Source: a virus
Taxonomy: Duplodnaviria; Caudoviricetes
IMG/VR virus record: IMGVR_UViG_3300036987_000328
Span: 1-30,598 of that record
Reading direction: 5' to 3' (one strand)
DNA length: 30,598 nucleotides
Numbering within the stretch: position 1 is the first letter of the stretch; the number at the start of each line of letters is the position of its first letter. The notes under the pieces are model-generated. The model was not told where the DNA came from. It searched no databases and worked only from the letters and a program-made list of their open reading frames with translations. Both the position numbers and the translations under genes were made by a program. Shown here one piece after another: positions 8,306-16,223 of the stretch.

Positions 8306-8870
8306 AACTCAAAAGTTGTTGGAGCAAATCGGAGAAACAGGTTTACAAATTATGACCGTATTAATAGCTTTATACGTTAGCATAGTTGGCACGCTTACAT
8401 TGCTTCACAGTTACAACCCCGAAACGATTATCAAATCACTCTCGAAATACTTCATATCCCTCCTAGTATTATTTATCGGCTGTGCGCCGAGCATCCAGGA
8501 AAGGTTTGTGATTACTGAGCGCGTAGATTCAGTTTACATCCCCGGCGATACAGTCTTTGTGCAATCATTAAGTGATACGCTGTACATCGTACGCGACTCA
8601 ACCGGCAGCATTGTAGACGTTAGCGCATCGCTCGATACAACAGTGGATAAAACATCTCTCAGGCTTAACTACCAATTAAGTCTGGACCGCTGGACTGTTA
8701 ATATTACAAAGAAAGACACAGTAATAAAGTATAACATCATCGATACGAGCAAAACAATTATCGTTGACAGGATAATTGAGAAGACGCCGATCTGGATTTA
8801 TCCCTTACTTGCCGCGGTAGCATTAGTCATAATTCTCGGCATCGTATTGGCGATAAAGGGAAAGATATGA
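8298..8870 (+). CDS. Membrane/lipoprotein with internal lipobox and C-terminal TM helix; candidate unimolecular spanin
   Basis: KYFISLLVLFIGC lipobox, beta-rich middle, C-terminal TM (WIYPLLAAVALVIILGIVLAI); AAGGAG RBS. Confidence 0.6.
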   Translation: MDKTQKLLEQIGETGLQIMTVLIALYVSIVGTLTLLHSYNPETIIKSLSKYFISLLVLFIGCAPSIQERFVITERVDSVYIPGDTVFVQSLSDTLYIVRDSTGSIVDVSASLDTTVDKTSLRLNYQLSLDRWTVNITKKDTVIKYNIIDTSKTIIVDRIIEKTPIWIYPLLAAVALVIILGIVLAIKGKI

Positions 8871-9058
8871 TTTGTCCGAAGTGTGGCAAAGATAATAATT
8901 TTGTCCGAACGACGGAAGATAATTTTTATGAAAAGCAGATTATCAGAATCCGATTCTGTAAAACCTGCGCACACATGTACCAAACAATGGAGACAGCAAT
9001 AACCAATGAAACCTATAACAAAATCAAAAAGGAGCAACAAAATGAAAAACGAACCTAA
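8867..9058 (+). CDS. Zinc-ribbon protein (NrdR N-terminal / Ogr-Delta-like)
   Basis: CPKC...IIRIRFCKTCAHMYQTME; ATGA coupling. Confidence 0.7.
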   Translation: MICPKCGKDNNFVRTTEDNFYEKQIIRIRFCKTCAHMYQTMETAITNETYNKIKKEQQNEKRT

Positions 9059-9392
9059 AACTCAACCTCAATATCCACCGGATATGGACCCACCAGAACT
9101 AGATCCACCAGTTCAGGAGCCACCTGTTCAAGATCCACCGGCAGACGACCCGCCGGCAGAGGCATTATCAACCGAGGCGCCTATAACCGCAAAGGCAAAT
9201 AAGTATGAAATCAATTATAAACTACTGCGCGCCGGAAAAGAGAATGAATCCGTTACCATAAAAGTCAGCGCAAATACGGAAGAAGAAGCATTCGACATAG
9301 CGGCAAAGATGTTGGAAGATATGTGTACCGAAGCGGACCCGTTCACATGGCGCTATCTTGGACACTTCAAGGTAACTCCAAATGAAGGATAA
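9042..9392 (+). CDS. Protein with N-terminal Pro/Asp pentapeptide repeats
   Basis: AAGGAG RBS, ATG 9042; six degenerate 15-bp units at 9075-9164. Confidence 0.7.
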   Translation: MKNEPKTQPQYPPDMDPPELDPPVQEPPVQDPPADDPPAEALSTEAPITAKANKYEINYKLLRAGKENESVTIKVSANTEEEAFDIAAKMLEDMCTEADPFTWRYLGHFKVTPNEG

Positions 9393-9879
9393 AATAAAAT
9401 ATTTTATCCTTCTATTCAAGAAGGACTATTCATTTGCCGGCACTTTGGTGTCGGCAATTTTACTTACCGCATCCATCGCGTTTAAATCTCCGTTCCTCGG
9501 CTATCTGTTTTTTATTTTCGCATTCACTTCCTTCGATGTGCTCGGGTTTTTGAGAGTGCTTCAAGCGCAGGATGGCGTTCCGCGCGCTGCATACCGTGTG
9601 GTTCAAACTTCATTTCAAATAATGCTAATGCTCGTTATTTATCTACTGTTCGGTTGGAAACTTGTCCTCGCTTGCTTTATTGCTTGGTGGTTCACCGTTT
9701 GCGATTTATTATTCCACCCGATGGCTAAAGTAGAACTCCCCGAAGGCGAAATTAATTATCTAAACTGGTCTGTATTAGGGTTAGTTAAATTATCCGGGAC
9801 GGTAATAGACACGGAATGGTTTTTACTCGCATCGGTATTAGGTTTTTGTGCTGGCGGAGCTATAGCACTGTGGATGTAG
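9382..9879 (+). CDS. Multi-pass membrane protein
   Basis: Four to five hydrophobic segments. Confidence 0.7.
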   Translation: MKDKIKYFILLFKKDYSFAGTLVSAILLTASIAFKSPFLGYLFFIFAFTSFDVLGFLRVLQAQDGVPRAAYRVVQTSFQIMLMLVIYLLFGWKLVLACFIAWWFTVCDLLFHPMAKVELPEGEINYLNWSVLGLVKLSGTVIDTEWFLLASVLGFCAGGAIALWM

Positions 9880-9896
9880 AATTTAAACACAAACGC

Positions 9897-10061
9897 ATGT
9901 CTGCGAAGCCGAAGATTTTATTAATGAGGTCATGCGGTCATAAATCGGCAAAAGTTATAGCCGATAAATGCCCTGCTTGTTATTTTAAGAAACGCCAGGC
10001 AATTCTAAATAAGAAACGCAGAGAATTTAAGTACGGATTTTTCACAAACAAAAAAAGATGA
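9897..10061 (+). CDS. Small basic Zn-finger-like protein
   Basis: CGH...CPAC; stop codon coupled to the next ATG. Confidence 0.5.
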   Translation: MSAKPKILLMRSCGHKSAKVIADKCPACYFKKRQAILNKKRREFKYGFFTNKKR

Positions 10062-10711
10062 TACCAAAGGAAGTTGAAAACAGAATACTGCGCTCCGCCG
10101 ACAGCCTCGTGAGGTCGGTGCGAAAAGAGATACTCGCATTTATACGGCAGGGCAAAACTTTGGATGAGATATATGAATTTTTAAAACGGTTTCAACTGCC
10201 ATCGCTGGAAGTTACAAAACTGCGGTCTGCTTTAGAAAAATCTATGGAAGAAATTGCGAGGGCGCGAGGCGTAAGCGCTTATGCTGGCGCGGCAGAGTTG
10301 ATAGATGTCGATTCTCTCATAGCTTCATCTCGGATTAATTTTCCGAGGCTGAGAAAAGAAATACGCACTACGCTGTTAAACGAAACGCGCCGCGCTATTG
10401 CCTCAGGAGCCGGCGTTGAGCACCTGGCAAAACAGTTAAGAGAAAAAGAATTAAACAACGTTCAAACGCTTGCCGAGACTGCCGTTGCTGGATTCAATAA
10501 CGAGCTTACGTTTGCACAAGCAGATGACGGCGATAAGTATTTGTACTCGGGACCCGTTACGGATATTACGAGACCTTTTTGCAGAGCACACGCCGGCAAA
10601 ATTTACACGCTCGAACAAATAGAGAACATGGATAACGGGCAGGGACTTCCTGTCCGTTCTAACTTAGGCGGCTACCGATGCCGGCACAGTTGGGAGATTT
10701 ATATAAAATGA
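10058..10711 (+). CDS. Minor head morphogenesis protein (Mu gpF / SPP1 gp7-like)
   Basis: YSGPVTDITRPFCRAHAGKIYT...GGYRCRHSW. Confidence 0.75.
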   Translation: MIPKEVENRILRSADSLVRSVRKEILAFIRQGKTLDEIYEFLKRFQLPSLEVTKLRSALEKSMEEIARARGVSAYAGAAELIDVDSLIASSRINFPRLRKEIRTTLLNETRRAIASGAGVEHLAKQLREKELNNVQTLAETAVAGFNNELTFAQADDGDKYLYSGPVTDITRPFCRAHAGKIYTLEQIENMDNGQGLPVRSNLGGYRCRHSWEIYIK

Positions 10712-11052
10712 ATAACAAAACTGAAACTCAAGCTGATGTCTATGTACGGTGGCTTATTTCTTCCGGTTACGCTGAACCGGGGGACTACTCTTCACTGATT
10801 CAGCAATTTCTATACCGAAACTCTTTTTATTGGATCCGTGAAAAATATACAAAACAAAATGTTGTGGCAACCACAACTCAAACCCTTCTTCGACTCCTCG
10901 AAGATCTTGAATCTTCTTTAAAGAAATGTAGGAATAATCCATGTGAATATCCCCACAAAAAAGGAGCCCCTCAGGGTGAACCAGAAAATTATAAAATGAT
11001 TCAGACTTTAAGATTAATTGAGCTTCAACTGTTAGCTTTATCTCGTAGGTAG
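10708..11052 (+). CDS. Hypothetical protein overlapping the antisense gene 10754-11068
   Basis: ATGA coupling at 10708 with the gpF-like stop codon; GGGAG upstream. Confidence 0.5.
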   Translation: MNNKTETQADVYVRWLISSGYAEPGDYSSLIQQFLYRNSFYWIREKYTKQNVVATTTQTLLRLLEDLESSLKKCRNNPCEYPHKKGAPQGEPENYKMIQTLRLIELQLLALSRR

Positions 11053-11068
11053 GAACTTTTTGAGACAT
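10754..11068 (-). CDS. Antisense accessory gene, 104 aa, beta-rich
   Basis: Start reassigned to ATG 11068 after AGGAGAAG; has its own promoter. Confidence 0.7.
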   Translation of the reverse strand: MSQKVPTYEIKLTVEAQLILKSESFYNFLVHPEGLLFCGDIHMDYSYISLKKIQDLRGVEEGFELWLPQHFVLYIFHGSNKKSFGIEIAESVKSSPPVQRNRKK

Positions 11069-11117
11069 AATTCTTCTCCTGGTGGTTTGTGAAATTGTTG
11101 TTATGTTTAGCACATAT

Positions 11118-11146
11118 AAAGTAACAAATCACCCGGAGTTTTACAA
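11118..11146 (-). promoter_or_regulatory. Promoter TTGTAA-17-TACTTT for 10754-11068
   Basis: Shares TTTGTTACTTTATA and the downstream TTTCACAAACCA..AGGAGAAG with the 2773-2801 promoter. Confidence 0.65.
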
Positions 11147-11180
11147 TAAATTTAAAAAGATAACCACATATCGTTCTAAC

Positions 11181-11209
11181 TTGACTTTATCAATTCCAAA
11201 TAGTATATT
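11181..11209 (+). promoter_or_regulatory. Promoter TTGACT-17-TATATT upstream of the structured leader
   Basis: Hexamers and spacer read directly. Confidence 0.7.
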
Positions 11210-11271
11210 TCGCCTGTCCAAAGATCTCAACGGCGGTAATTCATCCGCCCCGACAGGCGGCATTTTATTTT

Positions 11272-11338
11272 TGCCCCTCTGCATCCCGCTTTTTGTCGGG
11301 GTGATAGCTTCCGTTGAGGCTATTGGACCAGAGGGGCA
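11272..11338 (+). ncRNA. Putative C4/CI-like antisense RNA
   Basis: Perfect 10-bp closing stem TGCCCCTCTG/CAGAGGGGCA; internal CCGTTGA and TTGGAC are complementary to TCAACGG and GTCCAA, which occur both upstream and downstream. Confidence 0.7.
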
Positions 11339-11385
11339 CTTTATTTTTAATTCACTAATGTCCAATTAATTTCAACGGAGCCAAA

Positions 11386-11595
11386 ATGGCTAAACAAACC
11401 ATCACCCACCAAATTGTATCACTACAGGATAAAATCGAAAGGATACTCTCACTTTTAAACGTCCTATCACGGTCTATCCTTTATAATGAGGATACTTACT
11501 TCCACTCAGATGCGGTCCTCATCGACCATGTAATAGGCGAGTTAAAACTAATCGACACAAATCTTACCAAAATTAGAAAGGAGAATTTTATATGA
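11386..11595 (+). CDS. Small helical protein, first gene behind the antisense switch
   Basis: GGAG RBS overlaps the antisense target. Confidence 0.7.
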   Translation: MAKQTITHQIVSLQDKIERILSLLNVLSRSILYNEDTYFHSDAVLIDHVIGELKLIDTNLTKIRKENFI

Positions 11596-12122
11596 AGCAG
11601 ATATTTGAATACGACAAAGTGCATGGCGTTAAATGTGCGGTATGGAAGAACGCTCCTTTCGAATCAAGGAGTCGACACTCGGGCGCGCTCGTGCAGCACG
11701 AGACCAGTGACGGCAAAAAGATATTGGTATGCCCGCGGTGTAAGGTGGATATGCAAAACTTGAAAAATTTCCTAAACGCCGAGCAGGCTGGTCCGCACCA
11801 ATACCGCTGCCAAATTATTGACTACGATGCAGAGCAGAAAAAAAAGAAAGACGAGCTTACGGTATTCAACGAGGCTAAACGGAAGGAGATGAATAAAAAA
11901 ATATCGCACGAACACATGAGAGCGATATTTGTGAAGTTCGAAGCTCTTTCTATCAAAACCGGTATGACATTAAAAAAAGTTGCTAAAAATGCCGGGCTTC
12001 CTAGAGGAGTATCTGAACGTATATCAAATCCTGCCGAGTGGTACAGTCTTCATCCGCGTAAATGGAAAATGGCTGAGCGAACTTTAGACGATTATGCAAT
12101 GCGCATTAAAAATAAAACATAG
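11592..12122 (+). CDS. Putative regulator (CxxC, C-terminal HTH)
   Basis: AAGGAG RBS, ATGA coupling; TGMTLKKVAKNAGLPRGVSERISN HTH-like. Confidence 0.6.
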   Translation: MKQIFEYDKVHGVKCAVWKNAPFESRSRHSGALVQHETSDGKKILVCPRCKVDMQNLKNFLNAEQAGPHQYRCQIIDYDAEQKKKKDELTVFNEAKRKEMNKKISHEHMRAIFVKFEALSIKTGMTLKKVAKNAGLPRGVSERISNPAEWYSLHPRKWKMAERTLDDYAMRIKNKT

Positions 12123-12126
12123 CCCG

Positions 12127-12146
12127 TTGCCGAGATAAATGAGAAA
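12127..12146 (+). repeat. Internal copy of the left-end site TTGCCGAGATAAATGAGAAA
   Basis: 20/20 identity to 935-954. Confidence 0.9.
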
Positions 12147-12226
12147 ACACGGCTTGTACCGAAAAGTGGTTATTCAAATTTCTTCCATATATCGTTTATA
12201 AGCCATTTTATTTTGTTAATTTTGGT

Positions 12227-12259
12227 AGGGGGTGGAAACATACCACCCCCTGTTTTTAT
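12227..12259 (+). terminator. Intrinsic terminator
   Basis: AGGGGGTGG-aaacata-CCACCCCCT followed by GTTTTTAT. Confidence 0.6.
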
Positions 12260-12380
12260 AAAAAATGTGGCACTAAAACAAGCAGGAAACACCACTTTTT
12301 TATATCACTTTTTAGTTCCTCGGAGTAGTTAAACTAGCAAATCAGGTATATATGCAAAAATAATAGTTTTGCGCACTTTT

Positions 12381-12406
12381 AAAAAGCCGGTCATGTGATC
12401 GGCTTT
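12381..12406 (-). terminator. Intrinsic terminator of the leftward head operon
   Basis: Minus strand AAAGCCGATCACATGACCGGCTTTTT right at the stop codon. Confidence 0.7.
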
Positions 12407-12974
12407 AGTTTTTTAGTCCCGCTTTCTCAATTATCGTAGCAATCTCCGGTTGTGATAAACCAATAAACACGCGTTTAACTTTACTACGCCCAGCGCCGGC
12501 ATGGTGGAAACCGGCTATCTCCGCAGCGCGGTTATCCGTAAAAGATATTGTAACGGACCTCTCAGCTTCGTTCACTCCTGTGACTTTGAGCGCGCGCAAC
12601 ATTCCGCCCGCCCAGTTTAAAGTTACTCTATCGGTTTCGCGCCCTGTTAATTCTCTCAGTCGTTTGTAACCGCCCTGTAAAAGTATCCAGGTCATTTTAT
12701 TGTTTGTGTAGATAAAGTCCTTACCTTGCATATCTTTCCAAATTTCTCTCGCTCTGGTAACTCCGACCTTTGCTTTGAAACTCCCCAAAGGCATCGGAGC
12801 GGGCTTAGTAGAATATTTGTTTGATCCGCTTGACGAACCCGCCAAGAATATCCCTTGCAGAGTTCGAGCTTTTATAACAGCGAGCGTGTGTTTACCGAAA
12901 TTAAGCAGCAGCGAGCGTGTTACTATTTTTTTTATAAGCTCATCGGCGTTAATATTTATTACATTCTCGCTCAG
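12405..12974 (-). CDS. Virion morphogenesis protein (Mu gpG-like), probable CTG start
   Basis: VTLNWAGGMLRAL...AEIAGFHHAGAG...RVFIGLS motifs; the frame stays open upstream of 12845 to CTG 12974, which overlaps the portal TGA. Confidence 0.75.
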   Translation of the reverse strand: MSENVININADELIKKIVTRSLLLNFGKHTLAVIKARTLQGIFLAGSSSGSNKYSTKPAPMPLGSFKAKVGVTRAREIWKDMQGKDFIYTNNKMTWILLQGGYKRLRELTGRETDRVTLNWAGGMLRALKVTGVNEAERSVTISFTDNRAAEIAGFHHAGAGRSKVKRVFIGLSQPEIATIIEKAGLKN

Positions 12975-14140
12975 ATTATTTTATCCCCTTCTTCCGGGAT
13001 ATTAAAACCTAACTTTTGGTACACTTCATTTCTAACGAGAGGTATGTCCGCGGCGCGGGCTTCGCTTATTATACGCGCGTTCTTTTCGTAATCCACGACT
13101 TCATCCGTATTAAATCTAAAGCTTGGTCGGAGTGTAACATCCTCGCCGTAATTTAATTTATAATCCACAGCGATATACTGTTCGTTCACTGTCCGTTCAA
13201 TAGTCTGCAAATCAGACCACATAATATCGTTACGCACAAGGTTGTGAATCTGCGCTGCGGCTTTACTGCCAGTATTGCCGGCAAGTTCAGTTGTTAGCGT
13301 TTGCCCTAAAAATAAAATTGACATCTCGTCGTTTACTGCGTGCAATAAATCCTTATATGCCTGAATAGATCCGGCTCTCGTTGCTTCAATAAATTCAAGC
13401 TTAACGTCTTCACTCACGGCAGCCCAAGCATCCGTGCCTATTTGCTCGGCGGCTTGTTTAGCCACGGCTTTATCCTCGTCGCTGGCTCCGCGCTTCCATT
13501 GCGCCCATCGCAGCGGCTGTGCGAACAACTCGTTAAATTTTCCCCAATCCTGCCAGTTGAAGTTTTTAATGTGTGCCAACCAAAGTGCCAAGCGTAAGAG
13601 TCCGCCGATATAATTTGGGTCGACCGATTCGAAGGGGTTGTATCTTAAAACTATAAATTGCTCTTCAGGCGCCATTTCTTCGGTGGCTATAATATCCTGG
13701 TCTTTTATCCGTACTACCGTATTGTTTTTTGACATCAACTCCACGCATGGAATAATGGAAAATTTCGCGATGGTTTCTTTTCCGATATTTTGCCACTCCT
13801 GTTTTAACGCACTGGTCCCGAAGAACACAGAACTTAAGAGTGGTCCAAAATAATGATGAAGCCCTGAGCGTATTAACCTATCTTTGGTTTTTATCGCAAT
13901 CTCCACTGCTTTTGCGTTTTCACTGTCAGCCGGTAGAATATCGAATGGATAGCCGGTAACGGCAAGCGTTCGCGTTTGCATCAACCCTGCGATCCTCATA
14001 TCCGCTTGAGGCAGGCGCGATAGTATCGAGAGCAGCGGACGCGGATCCGGATCAATCTCGGATTCTGCAAGCCGTATCGCTTTTTTTGTTTCTTCTATAG
14101 TCGGTAAGAGTTTTTTACGCAGTGGTGGGTAGATATACAT
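12971..14140 (-). CDS. Portal protein (Mu gp29 / DUF935-like)
   Basis: GLMQTRTLAV, WGKFNELFAQP and MSILFLGQTLTT...GSKAAAQIHNLVR motifs. Confidence 0.88.
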   Translation of the reverse strand: MYIYPPLRKKLLPTIEETKKAIRLAESEIDPDPRPLLSILSRLPQADMRIAGLMQTRTLAVTGYPFDILPADSENAKAVEIAIKTKDRLIRSGLHHYFGPLLSSVFFGTSALKQEWQNIGKETIAKFSIIPCVELMSKNNTVVRIKDQDIIATEEMAPEEQFIVLRYNPFESVDPNYIGGLLRLALWLAHIKNFNWQDWGKFNELFAQPLRWAQWKRGASDEDKAVAKQAAEQIGTDAWAAVSEDVKLEFIEATRAGSIQAYKDLLHAVNDEMSILFLGQTLTTELAGNTGSKAAAQIHNLVRNDIMWSDLQTIERTVNEQYIAVDYKLNYGEDVTLRPSFRFNTDEVVDYEKNARIISEARAADIPLVRNEVYQKLGFNIPEEGDKII

Positions 14141-14142
14141 AA

Positions 14143-15729
14143 TTAAAACCTTTCAGAAAATTTTCTTTTTTGTCCGCCGATGTAGGAAGACTCAGAGCTG
14201 TTCATTGAATTTGCCATAAACCACACTTCCTTGTATGCTGAAGCAAGTGCATCGGGAAAATCTTTGTGCGGATAATTTCCGTAACCTATAAGCTGTGCCT
14301 GTGCCTCGATACCGTCCCGATTTTTGAGAAAATCCTCAGCGAATATAATGTCTTTCATCGAGTATGGAGTTTCAACGGTTTCTATCCTCCATTCCTTTTT
14401 ACCTTCAACGCGGATTTCGCGTATAGGTAAACGAGGACGGTCAGCGGTGGAAACGAACAGTCTTTGAAAATCTAAGAACTGCGCCTGGAAGAAATTAGAT
14501 TCCCAACCGAAGAACACAATGTGGTCTTTATATCTTTCATAAAGAGAGTAAAGCCCGAGAAAATAATCTTCCCAGCCGCATTTACGGCAGAACGCATCGG
14601 GTGAATAAAACCTGCGTGTAGTTTTTGAATAGAATAAAACCGCGGCGGCTTTATAGCAGGATGTTTCGCCCATAGCCGGATCGCAGAAAACAATTCCACG
14701 CGCGTCTTTTGGCAGAGTCTTAAAAGTAGTCCAATCCTTCATTAGGAACCTGGTCCCCTCAGGCGGTGTCGGCTTTTGCTGGTATTCAGAATTCCAAACG
14801 GATTTTGATACTCCAACGCCGAGACGCATTTCTTCCTCGGTCTTATACTTATAGCGTTCGGACCAGGTGGGCTTTTGTTTCTTATCATCCCATGCAGGTA
14901 TGATATTTAACTCGATAGAGGGATGGAGCGCTGCCCGGTCTGTATCGAACATCTCGGCAATGATGTTAAAGATACAGGTTGTCCGCGCGTTGTTACCCAG
15001 CATAACGGCAGCTCCATCGTCGGCAAGCGCTGGGAGGAAGTCTCTCTCGATTACTTCGAGTTTAAATTTTGAAATTTCAATATTGATAGAAGTTGAAAAA
15101 TCTTCGAAGTCGTCGAACTCAAAAAAGTCCGGTCGTGTTTTGCCAAGCTCGCCGCGTGCTGTAACCTTCGCCGAGTAGGATGAGAAGAGAGTGCCGAGCG
15201 CGTTATACTTATGCGGTAAAACGTAAAACGCTGCCATAGCATTCCAGCCCGGGTCAATCAGCTCTCCGAAATCAGCCCGTATCTTTGCGTTGTACTCCAT
15301 CTCCATGCGAACATACTTAAAATCTTTATATACGAGGTCTATCGTGTCGGATACTTTACCGTAAAAATGCCGCTTACCAAAACAAGCGCACCATATTTTG
15401 AAAATTCTGAATATCAAAGTTTTGCCGAAAGTTCGCGGACCTGCTATGAATACGCACTTCTTATCCGTGCGCTGTGCCTGTTCTATCATCCATTTATGCT
15501 TAGCGTTAAAAGGATGGTTAAAGTAATAATCCGGAAAGTAGGTTTTTGCAAAATAGAAAAAATCGCTCTGAGCTTTCAGGATCCGTTTTTCTTTTTGCTC
15601 GGCCCATTCCTTTGGAAGCTCTTTATCTCCGCGCTCGCGGAGGGCTTGCATAAGCAGCTCACGCTCGCGTCGTGCAAACTGATGTTCGAGCAGAGAGAAG
15701 GAGTTATTTATTACTTCTCTGATTTCCAC
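14143..15729 (-). CDS. Terminase large subunit
   Basis: Walker A GPRTFGKT, Walker B FFEFDDFED, nuclease motifs VFCDPAMG and HKDFPDALA. Confidence 0.9.
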   Translation of the reverse strand: MEIREVINNSFSLLEHQFARRERELLMQALRERGDKELPKEWAEQKEKRILKAQSDFFYFAKTYFPDYYFNHPFNAKHKWMIEQAQRTDKKCVFIAGPRTFGKTLIFRIFKIWCACFGKRHFYGKVSDTIDLVYKDFKYVRMEMEYNAKIRADFGELIDPGWNAMAAFYVLPHKYNALGTLFSSYSAKVTARGELGKTRPDFFEFDDFEDFSTSINIEISKFKLEVIERDFLPALADDGAAVMLGNNARTTCIFNIIAEMFDTDRAALHPSIELNIIPAWDDKKQKPTWSERYKYKTEEEMRLGVGVSKSVWNSEYQQKPTPPEGTRFLMKDWTTFKTLPKDARGIVFCDPAMGETSCYKAAAVLFYSKTTRRFYSPDAFCRKCGWEDYFLGLYSLYERYKDHIVFFGWESNFFQAQFLDFQRLFVSTADRPRLPIREIRVEGKKEWRIETVETPYSMKDIIFAEDFLKNRDGIEAQAQLIGYGNYPHKDFPDALASAYKEVWFMANSMNSSESSYIGGQKRKFSERF

Positions 15730-16223
15730 TTTTCAAGTTCCTCTCTAAATATTTTTATAACGTCAGCTTCCGATGCCTCAGGCATAAACCTGCGAACGAT
15801 ACGGGCAATTACTTGAGCATCCGGGCGTTTAAGATGGTTCTCGATCTTCTGCTCGTGTATTTGTTTTTGAATCCGCGCGACCGTTTCGAGTATCTTTGCC
15901 TTCTCAACTATTGTTAGTTTTGCTTTTTCAATAGCTATCAATGTATTGGCTGCCTGAATTTCCAGTAGCGTTTCGATGGGCTCACCGTCTCTTATTAATT
16001 TATCGGTGGTAGGCAGCTTGGGAAGTTGTATTCCTTTCTTACTGCCCTTGTCCGCTCGTGGTGATTTATCGAGTTTGACACGCTGCTGTAGGATATTATA
16101 TATAGTCCCAGGCGGTACTTTGTAAGTATCTGCTATAGATTCAACGCTGATTTTTTCCTGATTATACAGCCGGAAAATTTCGCGGCGTGTTTTTATTCCT
16201 AAACGTTTCCCTTTGCGTATCAT
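15711..16223 (-). CDS. Probable terminase small subunit
   Basis: N-terminal HTH plus helical oligomerisation region; directly upstream of the large subunit. Confidence 0.65.
   Translation of the reverse strand: MIRKGKRLGIKTRREIFRLYNQEKISVESIADTYKVPPGTIYNILQQRVKLDKSPRADKGSKKGIQLPKLPTTDKLIRDGEPIETLLEIQAANTLIAIEKAKLTIVEKAKILETVARIQKQIHEQKIENHLKRPDAQVIARIVRRFMPEASEADVIKIFREELEKWKSEK

Noticed and set aside
11272-11338. Possible tRNA
   Set aside because: No T-loop (GTTC) or D-loop consensus; the complementarity pattern fits an antisense RNA.
11082-11369. ORFs 11082-11369 (+) and 11141-11365 (-)
   Set aside because: They run across two promoters and the structured RNA with no RBS; the region is better explained as regulatory.
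8771-12436. One-mismatch end-site look-alikes GATAATTGAGAA at 8771 (+) and 12423-12436 (-)
   Set aside because: Both encode the common peptide IIEK and lack the extended flank, so chance is plausible; a motif scan should still include them.
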